A program made the translations under genes and the position numbers. Below, in pieces: positions 25,712 to 39,073 of a stretch of 64,000 nucleotides of DNA; the stretch's first letter is position 1; the number at the start of each line of letters is the position of its first letter. The stretch is from positions 9,424,001-9,488,000 of the forward strand of contig JAQFVV010000009.1 of assembly GCA_028023455.1 (NCBI GenBank). The letters are read 5' to 3'. The stretch is from Epiperipatus broadwayi (Eukaryota > Animalia > Onychophora). The notes below the pieces were generated by a model. That model did no database searches. It was not told the origin of the DNA and worked only from the letters and a program-made list of their open reading frames with translations.

Positions 25712-26623
25712 TTATCTTTTTCTATGCACTTTTAAATGTTTAGCTAAATGATCTGACCGCGAAAACCGTTTTTCACATATCTCACATTGGTACGGTTTGA
25801 TACCGAAATGTGATCTTTTATGCCTAGCTAATTCATCAGACCTAGAGAATCGCCAGTCGCAACCTGTCCATGTGCATGCAAATGGTTTTTCACCCGTATG
25901 GCGGCGCAAATGTGCTTTTAAATGTGAACTCTTAGAATATACTTTCGCACATCCAGGATATGAGCAATGATATATTTTTAATTCTTCTTCTTTAGTCTTT
26001 ACATTCGCTTTTAAATCCCTTTTTAAAGAATTTAATTGTGGTCCGGTAGTCATTACAGAATTTTTCGATGTATCTAACATAAATTCGGGTAATGTTACTA
26101 ATATCGAGTCCGACGTAATTTCATTATCGAGATGGTTATGAGTATTTTCTTTTTCACCAGATAAACTTTGTAATCCAATACCTAAAACTACAAGATCTTG
26201 GCCCGAAGATGTCAATACGGTGGTACTACTTTTCTCCGTAATCCAGGAGTCACGCTCTGCCTGCTGCGAAACTTCCGGGGTAACTCTTTCAAAAATTATA
26301 GTATTTCCAAAATAATTGTTTTTATCGATATCGTCCGCTAGACCTTGTGAAAATAAATAGTCAATATAAATTTCACTTTTATCCAAGTCATCTAAATTTA
26401 AGTTTATATTATTTATATTGGAATTAATAGGTTTGCATTCCGTCCAAACCGTGGAATGGTTACTAAAACTGTCACTATCCTCATCCGAGCTGGAGTTAAG
26501 TTTTTGTAAAGTGCATTTTTCGCGTTCTAAACTTGAGCGCAATGGTAAAAAGTCCTCCGCGGGTTTAAAAAATGAGTTATTAACTGACTCCAAAGTATAG
26601 TAAAATGCTGCCATTCTTGGCAA
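25712..26623 (-). CDS. KLF15: Kruppel-like factor 15-like transcription factor, single exon, 303 aa
   Basis: Intact ORF with three C-terminal C2H2 fingers ([81 protein letters not shown]). N-terminal SDEDSDS, IDYLFSQ and LPEF motifs recall vertebrate KLF15 (EDDSD, LDFLLSQ, LPEF). Start may be M1 or M4. Confidence 0.92.
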   Translation of the reverse strand: MPRMAAFYYTLESVNNSFFKPAEDFLPLRSSLEREKCTLQKLNSSSDEDSDSFSNHSTVWTECKPINSNINNINLNLDDLDKSEIYIDYLFSQGLADDIDKNNYFGNTIIFERVTPEVSQQAERDSWITEKSSTTVLTSSGQDLVVLGIGLQSLSGEKENTHNHLDNEITSDSILVTLPEFMLDTSKNSVMTTGPQLNSLKRDLKANVKTKEEELKIYHCSYPGCAKVYSKSSHLKAHLRRHTGEKPFACTWTGCDWRFSRSDELARHKRSHFGIKPYQCEICEKRFSRSDHLAKHLKVHRKR

Positions 26624-26820
26624 ATTGTGTTTGCATGCTCTTAATCTCAGCTATTGAATACTGTGCTGTATATCTGTTCTCTGGACCCCACAGCGATTGG
26701 TTCTCGTTATCAGTCACAGGGCTTAGATCACGCGCTCGCCACGTCCGAAATAGCACACACACTTTGACTTGAATTTCCTTAATATTAGCTAAACTAAGTC
26801 AACCAATAAGTTATTTATTA
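26624..26820 (-). promoter_or_regulatory. Putative KLF15 5' UTR and core promoter
   Basis: CpG-rich stretch (cacgcgctcgccacgtccg) immediately upstream of the ATG, with a CCAAT on the gene strand (plus gcgattggtt, about 26693-26702). Confidence 0.5.
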
Positions 26821-28714
26821 TCCCATAAAAATACAACAACAAAAAAATTGTTTTATCTGTAAGTGATTTTAGCTTAAAAAGTAATTTTAAATCAACAAGT
26901 GGTCAAGGTCAGATTTATTGGCTAATTACGCAATGAAGTTTTTATAATTACTGATATTATTGAAGCAATAGATTTTTTTTCTTTCAGAAGAAAAAATGTA
27001 TTTTATCGATAGAGATTTTTAAAATAAAATAAAAAGGGAAGTTTGTTTATAACTTATCCCTCCTTTAAAATTACGTTGGGATGTTATAATGTTTAGATTA
27101 AATTATAAATACAATTTGTCCAGCTTATTTCAAACACTTTTTAGCAAAAAAAATATTGTATATATGTACACACACAATTTGAATTAAGGTGGGCAAATTG
27201 TATTTATATGAAATATTACAGCGAAATAAAGGAAGGGGTAGATTTAGTTGGCATTTGTTATTTAAATTAAATTAGCAGCAATACGTTAATTAACTTAAAT
27301 CGATTTTAAAAAGAGATTAATTTAATCGATATTAAAAAATATGAACTAACAAATAAGATTAAGCGTTACAAATGAATAGGTTTTGCTATTATTTAGAAAT
27401 AATTAAAGTATAGGTTTTAGATATGAATGGAATTTTAGGAATGACACGCGGCCATGGAATGTCAGGTGTGAAGAGAAAAAACATGCATTTATTGAAATTG
27501 TAAATAATTCATTTCTATCTCCAGGCAAAAATAGTCGAGACATAACGAATGGTTATTTTGGATTTATCGCTGCTGTAACAAGAATTCGAATAATATTAAA
27601 ATCCTTTATATATAAATATTTATCAAAACAATTGCAAGAGAAGTAATGAACATCTTAATTCAGCATAAAATAAAAAAAGTTGACTCAATAACATGTATAC
27701 ATGCACGTATTTAGCATGTTTGTAATGTATAGCTAGTAGGAATTAGATTTGTCGCCTTAAGCTAAATCATAAAAGAGGTTTTCTCTGTCATGAAAAAATG
27801 CATGTATAACCATTAAATAACGGACATCACATTAATCTTTTTTTTTTTTAAAAAAAAATAGTATCATTAAGCTATAAGTTGCATACTTATTGAAAATCCA
27901 GTCGTGTGTGCATATATATATTTCTATAGAAAAATGAGTTGTGGATGCGAAATCTCTAGTAAAAATATTTATTATCCATAGCAGCTTAATCCCATTTTTT
28001 AGTTAATCTTTAATGCATCTACGAAATATTGTTTTGTTTTTGTTTTTATCTTAAGAACATAATACATGCTCTCGTCATTAATCTGGTTCTTATCCAGCCA
28101 GGAAGAATTGCTAGTTAGATATTAGAACTATGTGCGCTCAAATAAAAAGAAGGAATTAATCGCGCAAAATTTAAAATTTAGAGTAGTTGGATAATTTTTT
28201 TTTTTTATTATCCAAATATTTTTAAGGAAATGAATACCGTAATTAAAAATAAATTGGCAAATATTATTATTTAAGATTCAAATAAGACCTGACATTTTAT
28301 CAAAATGATTTATTAGTTAAAATATGGATCAAACTAATACAAAAATAAACTGGCTGAAAATGTTCTCAATGGATTCAGATCCCTATAAAATAATAGTTTA
28401 GAAAGCAAATAAAAAAACTCACTTGGACTAGTGAAGAAGCACTTAGAAAGAAGAGACTGGAGAGTAAGTTTCTCTGATTGTTTCCAATTCTGACATTTCC
28501 GGTGCTCAACATACTTATTTTTATTAACAAAGTTAGACTCATTAACACTTCTATTAATAATTTTTATTCGTCATTTTATAGACTAGAGATTACCCACTTA
28601 ATAAATAATATTTCTATAGTATAATTTCACTGCACCACTCCCAGTTTTAACACCTTACAGAGGGGTGTAATCGTAAACATATGACCAAAGACATGTCAAA
28701 AAGATGTATGATCT

Positions 28715-28755
28715 CCAAGATGCACATTTACTGCTGAATTATCACTCATCAGTTG
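28715..28755 (-). ncRNA. Decayed hammerhead, family B left arm
   Basis: Minus strand CAA CTGATGA GTGATA ATT CAGCAG TAAA T GTGC A T C TTGG; AUC triplet, G12 mutated. Confidence 0.65.
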
Positions 28756-29387
28756 TCCCAGATTACAATCTCTCATACATATTCTTATCATTGTTCAATA
28801 TATATATAGATCGCTAATTGCTACAGTTTTAATTGATATATCAAACTTATTAAATATTGCTCTCACAACTTTGATATAAACCACTTATTAATGAAAATAT
28901 ATTAAGAATTTTTATTAGCCATTCATTAGACTAGAGATTATCCACTTAATGAATAATATTTCTGTAGTATAATTTTCTCTACACTACTCACACAAGGTAG
29001 GGATTGGTTTTTATCCAATTTTAACACCTCGTGGAGGAATGTAATATAAACATGCCTGTTATAGTCCTCCCTTCCCTCAGAAGTGGATTATTCCAGATTC
29101 CATCTTTATCTGATCAGATTAAGCATTGTTTGCTACTGGCCAATAGGCTGATGTACAGCTAAACACATAGCCAATGATTAGTACAGGCCAATAAACAAGG
29201 ATGCTTGCTGAATCCAAATGTTTTTAGTAAGGTCAGGGATCTGGCTATAATTTCTATATTATAATTTTTACTACACCACATTAATATACATCCATAAAAT
29301 GGTTTGAGTCAAAGTTGTGTGAACAGTAAGTTTGACATATCAATTAAACTGTAATAATTGGCTATCTATATATATTGTGATCTGGGA

Positions 29388-29428
29388 CAACTGATGACTA
29401 CTAGTTCAACACAAAATGTGCATCTTGG
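29388..29428 (+). ncRNA. Decayed hammerhead, family B right arm
   Basis: CAA CTGATGA CTACTA GTT CAACAC AAAA T GTGC A T C TTGG; G12A and stem II mismatches. Confidence 0.65.
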
Positions 29429-30283
29429 ATATCATACATCTTTTTCACATCTTTCTTTGGTCATACATTTATGATTATACCCCTCCACAAGGTGTTAAAA
29501 GCAGACAAAAAACAGTCCCTACATTGTGTGAGAGTATTGTAGTGAAAATTACGAAATATTATTCATTAATGTACAATTGAATAGCAGCCATATTAAGCAG
29601 CAGTAAGATATTATAAATTTCTTTGTATCACAATATAAATTATATTGAACCAAAAAATGTTGGGTTAACTGTAATTGATTTTAATATTATTAATATTACA
29701 ATATTAATAAATTTATAAATTCTTTAATATTATCAGGAATACACTAGATAAATGGCACAGCTAATGGTTAATTTATTAGTGAATCTAACTGCAGAAAATT
29801 AAAAGGGGGGTTATTTTTTGTTCTTTCTTATTGTATGTTTTTCCTTTCTACCAAAAAAAGATTTCTTAGAGGTTACAAATAAAAAAACAACAACATTTAA
29901 ATGAGACTTTTAAGTCAAACTGATTAAAAATAAAAGTAGGATCACTAAATGAATTTAACAGGAATCATTTTAAAAACTAATCTTTATATTTAGATAGGGT
30001 GAAATTTTTTATAAAAACAAACCAAAACAGAAAATCATAATTAAAAATCATGACCTTTATAAGTTTATGTGGGTTGGAAATGTATGAAGTTTTATAGACT
30101 GACTCTATTGTTTCTTTATATTTGATTTTCAAACAAGTATCTGATTTGGAGTTTCATTTCAAATCTTTGGTGATAATCCAAAGATATTTTAATCTGTGCA
30201 GTGAAAGGAAATTAAAAAAAGGAATTGATTACACTATAGAAAATAAGAGTATATGACCTTGCCATGCATCATAGTTTATATTA

Positions 30284-33240
30284 CAGCATTTTTTAAACTG
30301 TGGGTCATGACCCCAAATGGGATTGCGAAGCAAAAAGTTGGGGTCGTGAAAATTTAATTCAGATACATGAGTTTAGAAAAATATTAATCGCAATCCCTTC
30401 ATCACCTTTAATATATTATGTTTTCTGTACAGCGCAATTATAAAATCGTAATGATGGCAAAGTTGAGCTGTAAATTATATTTACGTATTGAAAAATAACA
30501 CTAAATGCATTATAATAGTGGTGTCACATTGCAATTTCAGCATATAAGTTATTTCAGAATCAAAATATATGCTGCAGTGGCGAGAATAAGGTTGGCGCCA
30601 CTGTGATTATATAATGCATTTCCTGTCAAGTTATTTGTTTTGGTTTCATTTCAACGAGTGTCCACATCACAAAAACAATACAATATTGTATTCTATTGTT
30701 TTATTTGATTAAAGTTAGTGTTTATTTGAATAAATATTATGAAAGATGTTTTTTTTTATATATATAAATGCTTGCATACTTTTTTTTCTCATTTTTTTAT
30801 TCAAAATTTATCATCCTATTAGTTATTATAAAAATTTATTTTTTATTTGAAATTTATTGTCATTTATTTATTAACAAGTAAAAATATATTCCTTATTCCT
30901 ATTTTTTAAACCTAACAGGTAATTTATAATTGATTTATTGATATTTTTTAAATATTACAAAATAAAACATATGGGGATACTAAAAAATAGAACATATGGG
31001 AGTAAATGTGCTTCATATAATTAAACAAAAAACACAGTTCCCACTCAGTGTCTCTGCTAAAAAAGTACTGTTATTTTATTTATATTTTAGGATAAAAATA
31101 CTTTTTACCCATGGATAAATGGTTGAACTTGAGTACCAAAGGTAATGATGCAGATGGGAATGCTACAAAGTCTCTTCAAGCAGCATCTCATAATCAGAAA
31201 GAGGCATCTAAGATGTGAAAAAGAAAATATAATGAGATTTCTCCAATTTGGCTTTATTTTCAACAACTGTGATGCTAATGAACAACCACTTTGTTTAATT
31301 TATAATAATGTTTTGTCTATGGAGAATATGAAACCATCAAAAGGCATTTTGAATCCAAGCATCCTTCTTATGTCAATAAACCATAAGAATATCTCGAATG
31401 ACTGTTAAAAACTTCAGATAAAGAAAAACAATATTTTGAGAAATTTATAACTGTTAATGAAAAATATTTACTCGCATTATATGAAGTTTCATATCTGACT
31501 GCTAAAAATAAAAAGCCATACACCATTGGAGATCTTATATTACCCGCTGCTATTAAAATGGTAGAAATACTTCATGGAAGTAAATATGGTGATGAAATTC
31601 AGAAAATTTCTTTGTCAAATGACACTGTCACTAATAGAATTTCTGAAATTAGCAGTGACCAATTTGAGCAACTTATTACTATATTTAAAGAAAACCCAAT
31701 ATTTACAATTCAATTTGATGAATTAACTGATATTTCAAAAATAGCTCAATTATTAGTATATATCAGATACATTTATAAAGAAAACATTGATGAAGAATTG
31801 TTATTTTGTCGTTCTTTGGAAGAACATACAAGAGGGGAAGACATATATAATAAAGTAGACAAATTTTTTAAAACTGAAGGTTTAGAATTGAAAAATTGCT
31901 TTGGAGTATGCACAGATGGTGCAAAAGCAATGACTGGTGAAAATATTGTTTTTAAATCATTGTCAAAGCTTCTGGTAATAATCATATAACTTTTACACAC
32001 TGCCTGATCTATCGAGAGGCCCTTGCAGCAAAAATTTTAGCAACAGAATTGAATGATGTACTTCAGGATGCTGTCAAAATTATAAACTTTATTAAAAGCT
32101 GTGCCCTTAACAATGGTTTATTTTCAAATCTTTGTAAAGACATGGACTCTGAATACAAAAATTTATTATTACATGCAGAAGTAAGATGGATGTCAAAAGG
32201 GTGAAGTTTAAGAAGATTATTGTCATTGAAAGAAGAAATTATTTATTTTTAATGTAATAAAAATCTGATATTGCTGCTCTTTTTCAAAATGACTATTGTC
32301 ATTGAAAGAAGAAATATTTATTTTTAACGTAATAAAAATCTGATATTGCTGCTCTTTTTCAAAATGACTTATGGCTATCAAAGCTGAGCTATTTGTCTGA
32401 TATTTTTGAGAAGCTAAATGATCTTAACTTGTCTCTTCAAGAAAAAAATAGCAATATTTTTACTTCGAATGATAAAATTGAAGGTTTTATTAAAAAGATC
32501 AACATTTGGAAGAATAGGGTGGAAAATGATTCATTGGAAATGACTATCGACAATTTTATAATTGAAAAAAATAATTGTTAAATTTTAATTGCAAAAATTA
32601 TTATAGATCACTTAAAAACCATAGAAACACAGTTTTGCAAATATTTTATATCGAATTTAGATTTCAAAAAGTAATTTTGGATTCAAAGACCATTTTTGAT
32701 TGATGTTAATGAGACTAATCACCTGCCATATAAAGCTCAAGAGGAATTTGTGAGCTATCGAATGACTCAAACTTAAAACTTGACTCCACAAAAATCCTTG
32801 ACTGAATTCTGGATCGGAGTTAGGACTGAATTTCCCACAATTTCTGAAATGGCATTAAATGTTCTTCTGCCATTCAGCACACATATTTATGTGAAATGAT
32901 TTTTTCAGCTTTAATATATATTAAATCCAAATATCGTTCAATGCTGAGAAACATTGAAGATGCTTTACGTCCAGCAGTATCAAATATTTTACCAAGATTT
33001 AATTTGTTATGCAGCAAAAAACAAGCACATCCGTTTCATTAAAACGTGATTTTCTTTCATTAATTTTGTATACTTAAAACAAATCTTAAAACTACTTATT
33101 TTCATATGTATATTGTTTACCAAAGAAATAAATTATTTATGGGAATATTTATTTCTATATTTTATATTTAATATCTGGGGTCGCGAAAAAATCTCGACGA
33201 TAAAAAGGGGTCATAAATGAAAAAAGTTTAAGAAGGACTG
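30284..33240 (+). mobile_element. hAT (Buster/Charlie-type) DNA transposon, full length but decayed
   Basis: Imperfect TIRs cagcattttttaaact and agtttaagaaggactg, subterminal ggggtcg(c/t)g motifs, internal transposase. TSD not clean. Confidence 0.88.
31111..33042 (+). pseudogene. Buster/ZBED5-like hAT transposase with frameshifts and stops
   Basis: MDKWL start, FGF..PLCLI..VLSMENMKPS, KPYTIG..ILPAAIKMV, ISLSNDTVTNRI, QFDELTD, CTDGAKAM, LLHAEVRWMSKG, and terminal KKQAHPFH*. Contains a 75-bp tandem duplication at about 32216-32370. Confidence 0.9.
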
Positions 33241-34992
33241 GATTTATATGCAAAATTTACTAATGAAATCTCTAGTACACTTTTAATATTATAAAAAGCA
33301 CAGCCATTCTGAACTAAGTCACTACTAAAAAGGAGTTGCTATTGAATTAAATGCAATCACAAATTATAAATTTGGCCATAAAAATAAAAATATTTTTAAA
33401 AAAAAAGTAATTGCTATTTTAAACATGACAAAAATTATATTAGTAATTCCCCCTTATAAAATCACTCTGTATATATAGACAATACCTTTCTCATCAAAAT
33501 ATGACAATAGGCTACCCAAGTTAAAAAGCAAAACCAAAATTCAAAAAACGAAGACAGAACATATATAGAAAAGTCAAGAAATTTGGATCAGGTATTTAGA
33601 CCCAAATTAGAATCAATAAAAATATTAAAAAAGCAATTTTATTGGGGCTAATAGTATAGATACAATCCAAGGATTAAAGGGAATTTCATGACTACTAATG
33701 TTTACAATAAAGTACCACCTAATTTTAATGTCCAATTTGCAAGACATAATAAGTTGGCTAAAAATAAAATCAGCTATTGACCTGAATGAGAAGTCACAAA
33801 AGTAAGTATTCAGCACACAAAAAAAGTCAATTTTCAGGAAAACAAACATTAGAAGCAAATGTATAAAGAAAGTAAAAAAATGTTTTAGTTTTAACTTTGA
33901 TATTAATAATGGATCAAGTAAATAAATCAATTCCAAAGCATAAAAAAAAAAACTATTTTCAAACATTACCAGCCAATATTAAAAAAAATTAACAGTACTT
34001 CTACTAGTGAACACATAAACAAAGTTGTTCATACATAATCTAAAAATCACTAAATAGAAAGGAATATCCAATAGTTCTAATCCTAGTGAAGAAAAAAAAT
34101 AAGCAAAAGCAACAATAACAACAAAAAACCTATAATTTCACCAATGGAAATCAATTCTTCATATATGAACCAAGGTTATTATTAAAAAAAAAAAAAAATC
34201 AATTCCAATTTCAGTTCTGATGATGCATACTAGCAAAATTAATTCTAAAAAAATCCCTAATTAAATGAATAATAACTATCCATTTATCGAAAATAATAAA
34301 ATAAGTCAAATTATCTTGCACAATTTTATCAATTCAAAAATAATGTTGAAGAGGTTGAAACAAATTAGAAAGCATTCCCAGAATCATGATGATATCAGAT
34401 TGTATAACTAATTAAGAAGTAGAACCAACTCATACAAAATTATACTATGGTTTAAATGCTCTATTATAAATATAAAACACATGTATCAATTAAGGCAAGT
34501 GAAAACATTTCCACAAAGTCTTCTAGAGGCTAAAAGGTTTTGGAAAAGATTACTGATGGCTGGTAAACATTTCTCAATTTGATTGTGAACACTATAATGA
34601 AGTCAACACAAGTTGATATATATATATATTGTGAACTTCAGTTTTTGCAGTAGAACTAAATATCAAGTTTTATGATGGTACATTATTAAAAAAAAAATTT
34701 AAACAGTTTATTTTCTAGTGAATAAATTTTATTGTTAAATAGTAAATAAAGTGCATCTGTAATTAGTCACTGCATAATAGATATTATAAAATGGTAACAA
34801 CTTAAAAACAGTCATAACTGTAATTTTATAATATTTAAATTTAATAAGTTAATTCTTGTATAATTATAAGTACTAAATCATAGAATTATTATTGATTTTA
34901 AGGCATAAATGAGTTTAACCTGTCATAGTAATAAAGCTAAAATAATATTCCATTTGTTAAATTAAAATGGTATAAAAAACAGTAAAATAAGT

Positions 34993-37900
34993 ATAGAAGG
35001 AGAAGGCATTCAGTGGGAAGAAGCCTTCTCTCCTCATGAATCTTGTATTAAGATGATGAATATATTTAGCTGTAAATTCCTGGTAGAAGGTGAAGTCTCT
35101 CAGGAAAATAGTAGGATCAGGGTTGGAGGCAAGTGTGATGTTGATCTGTTGGATACAAGGAGGTATACCTCTCTGATAGACCTCATCTACTACATTCCTA
35201 ATCTACATTTTCTAATTGATCCCTCACTCCAACCTATAGCCTTCTCCAACCACTTAGCATTATCCCTTAAACTATCTCTAAAACTTGATTTTTGCAATAT
35301 TCTTACCACAACCATGAGAATCCTTCTCAAGTCTGCATTGCCTGAAGCCATTGTCTCTGAGGCATACATATATTTTCACAAGATTCATATTCTTTCTCTG
35401 CCACTGGTCGATGCCTGGTTTTCCTTCTTCCATATTTTAATGTCTTGAGAAGGATTCTCATGGTTGTGCTAAGACTTGGAATAATCCAAGACTTAGCACA
35501 ACTAAGAGAATCCTTCTCAAGTCTGCATTGCCTGAAGCCATCACCTCTGAGGCATACATATATTTTCACAAGATTCATATTCTTTCTCTGCCACTGGTCG
35601 GTGCCTGGTTTTCCTTCATCCATATTTTAATGTCTCTAATCTCAAACTATACTTCACATAATAAAGGGCTATCATCATTCCTAATGGACCTCAAACCACT
35701 CAATAACAACCAAGAAAATCTTTCCCTTAATACAATCCCTATAGAATCCATCATTAACCTGAAATCCCAATACAAGAACAAATAGTTAATTTTGGAAGAC
35801 TATCTCTCTATCAAAAAAATCTTGAGTCATCCCCACAATTGGTTCAGGGGCTACATTAGGTGAGCTCTGGGCCATAGAGACGAGACCCACTCCATCATCT
35901 ATTATTGTGAGAAATAAACTTTATTCAGGATTTAACATGCTTCTCAAAATTTTTTCATACTTCAAGGGAAAGTTCTCGACTTTGCACCTGACTCCAGGCA
36001 GGATTCAACTTGGGATTTTCCACCCTCTGACCATGATATTTTGGAAGGAGATGTTTTGGCCAAATTAACCCTGATACCTGAAAGTACTCATCTGGGGCTT
36101 CATGCAATCCCCCAATTCCTCCTGGTATACTTGACCAAATTCTCTGTTCCAATCATGTATAACTTAAAATTACATTTCTTCCAATGTCTGAGAAATTAGA
36201 GGACTTTATCCCATAGCAATGGTGCCATTCCTAAAGTGCAATATTATTCCACCCCTGCTGGAGAATTTGTGGCCCATCTCTATAACCCCACAGATGGTCA
36301 AGATCACTGAGTCAATTTTCTTCATATTTTGTCCTTGATAATAGACTCAGTGATCTTTGTTTACCAGTTTTCAAAAAAGGGCAGCTCAATTGCAGATGCC
36401 ATCAATTTATTTAAAATCACTATTGCCCACATCAGATCCTCCAGGCAATCTAGGCTGGTGGTTGTTCAGCTCGACATCTCTGCTGCCTTTGATTCTATCC
36501 AAATCAATACCTTTTTAACCATACTTGGTGAGCATAACATTTCTACTGAATTATCAATATTATCAATATTATTAGGAACCATCTCCTCTACAATCATGAA
36601 GTGAGCATCTTGCTGAATATAAAACTTCCCCTCTCTTCTCCACTACATCCTCCATTCCACAGAGCTCTCCTCTCAGTGCCTTATTTTTCATCACTTACCT
36701 CAACCCTCTTCTCCTTCAAATTGAGAGATCTCTTCATGGAATCCATATCCCACCATTAAATACATCAATTCAATCACCTATATGGATGACTTGGCTGTTT
36801 TTCTTCCATCAAAAAGATTAATCCCCAGACTTCTATCAGTGCTTAAGGAGTTCTCTGATCAATCTGGCCTCAATTTAATATGGCCAAGTCATCCACGTGG
36901 CATTTATCTTTTTGTAAGAACATTACTGGTTCATTTGCAGCAACGCCTCAGAATTTCTTAGGCTTCCCTATATTTGAATCTGCTTCTTCCATGAGAAGAT
37001 CTATCCAAAATAAGCTACCCCAATCTACACAGAAAACCACACCCTCCTTTTCCAAAGTTTACATGTCCATGTTTGCCCAGTCCTCCTTTATCAATATATT
37101 ATTCTCCAGAATAATCATATTTCACCCCAGTGGTCAATTTCACCAAAATCTTCATCAGGAAAATACACAAGATGTGCACTGATCTGATTAGAGGGGGGGG
37201 AGTGCAACTATCAGCTTGAAAGGCCTGCAGAAACACACAAAGCTCAATGGGTTATTCCTACCCTCCATAGATACATTTATATATCAACGTTCCTACAACT
37301 CTTTCTACAGAATGTTCCTGCAAGCCTCCCCTGTTAGCACTGGTTGGCTGGCAACCATAACATCCCTTATCTTCAAATTTACTACTATTCCTAACAAGCC
37401 ATCCTCAATGAAAATCAAGTTCTAGGAAGCTTATTACACCTTAATCCTGATGTTCCTGCAGGATCAACTCTCCTCCAGCTCAACATCCATCTGCTAATCA
37501 ATAAATCTAAGTGATGGTTCCTTGAGTCCAAATTCTTTGACTTCCTGTTGAAGATAAACATCAATGCTTGCCTACTAAACACTTTCTTGTACATCACCAA
37601 AGATTTTCAAACAGAGGTTCCACTTGCATCCTATGCCTCAGAGAAGAGGAAACCTCTCTTCACCTCTGCCATTGCATTTCCCTTCAACCCTACAGAGACC
37701 TTATAGCCTCCATGCTAAATGACAAAATGCCTTCCTTATCTACTCTCATGTCTGTGTGGTATAATCTCAGAGATACATTCATCAACATTTATTGTTTTCA
37801 CTATAGTACACTCAGTGCTGGCTCACCTTTAATCATGCACTGAAGCAATTTCTTCATTTATATATTGACAAAAAATGGGAAAAAATCGAAAGAGGGACCA

Positions 37901-38409
37901 GAATTTGGCCCCATCCTACATCTATGATGCCACATGGAAGCTAATTGATGTGCCTCCCTAAAGCTGATCCCTTTCGTACCCGAATAGAAATCATACCTGA
38001 ATAGAAATCACCTATTCTGGAAATAATTAGGGGCTGATTTGCATGCATTCCTTTGGGATTGATTATGATTTGCCTTCCTCCTCAAGCCTATTGCCCAGAC
38101 CCTGAGTATTATGACATTGACTTCCATTCTAGAGGGTCAGTTTACTTATACAAAGCTGTGGTTTTGCATGGACAAAAGCTTAGATATATCTTTATACATT
38201 TCGAGACGTGCAAGCTTAGTCACCTGCAACCAAGACACTAAATCCCAGGCTCATTCCTTTGTCTCTGTGCATCATATTAGTTCTTATAGGATGTGTCATG
38301 CAAAAGGTGTCAATATTGAACTTCTACCCTTAATATATCCTATGTCTAATTTTATCATAAGCTGTAACCAAATTTTAGAATAAAATACTATATTTTTATA
38401 AAAAACAAC
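34993..38409 (+). mobile_element. 5'-truncated, 5'-inverted (twin-primed) L1/Tx1-like retrotransposon
   Basis: Exact 15-bp TSD aacagtaaaataagt at 34978-34992 and 38410-38424. Forward part has SLIDLIY..SNHL, NLWPISI, LDISAAFDSI, QSSPLSA, YMDD (36779-36790) and CILC..ETSLHLCHC. Segment 34993-35164 is inverted and encodes IFLRDFT (GDFN-like). Confidence 0.88.
35302..35636. repeat. Direct duplication of about 145 bp joined by a 78-bp fold-back hairpin
   Basis: 35302-35445 is repeated at 35492-35636. 35444-35521 is a near-perfect palindrome (cttgagaaggattctc...gagaatccttctcaag) with loop ataa. Confidence 0.9.
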
Positions 38410-39073
38410 AACAGTAAAATAAGTTTAAACATTAGAAAAAGTTCTAAATATCTAGGCTAGTTTCAAATAAAGAGTATTATTTAATTTTAGTAGTATAAGT
38501 AAGTTATTTTACAGTTTAATTAAAGTGTAGTGATAAATGCTAATTTAATAGCATTGTAATTTAGTTTTAGTTATAAAATCCTAAAGTTTAGCGTATTATT
38601 AAGTTTATTGGTACTAGTACATTTGCGGCACCAACCACTTGATTGTGCTGCTTTTCACCAAATGTTCATCAATGTACTGTTTACGTGGACTAACAGCTAA
38701 CACCACAGCATTGTTGTTGTAGTCATAATAGGCTGCCTAAGTGGTGATGATTTCTATGTGTATGCAATGAAGTTACTATGCCCATTGACTTGTGACAGTA
38801 TTCCTAGAGAGCGCAAATGACTGATCACTACAGTATAATTTGATGGTTGTCATATTTTAAGTACATGAAACTCTTAACATATGCATTCCCGAATAATTGT
38901 CTTAAAACTGTAGTCAAAGTAGTAGTACATAATAATAATTGTTAGCCCATCACCCATGCTTCACTACCATTTGTAACTGCACACAACATTGAATGGTTAG
39001 GGTAAAAATCTGGGTTCGACCAAGCTCACATGAAAATTCATGTTTTCATGTGAATACACATGAGAGCAGTAAA

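Larger units (their letters stand above)
28552..29569. mobile_element. HHR family B element: 348-bp tandem unit plus inverted arm
   Basis: tagactagagatt recurs at 28579 and 28927 (period 348). About 29285-29569 is an inverted partial unit. An unrelated insert of about 190 bp lies at 29058-29245. No clean TSD found. Confidence 0.8.

Noticed and set aside
26418-26600. Plus-strand ORF overlapping KLF15
   Set aside because: Short antisense shadow of the real CDS with no independent support.
30276-33248. 8-bp TSD for the large hAT element
   Set aside because: Flanks ttatatta and gatttata do not match, so no TSD is claimed.
33625-33966. 113-aa minus-strand ORF
   Set aside because: F/I/L/K-rich composition typical of random AT-rich frames; no motif.
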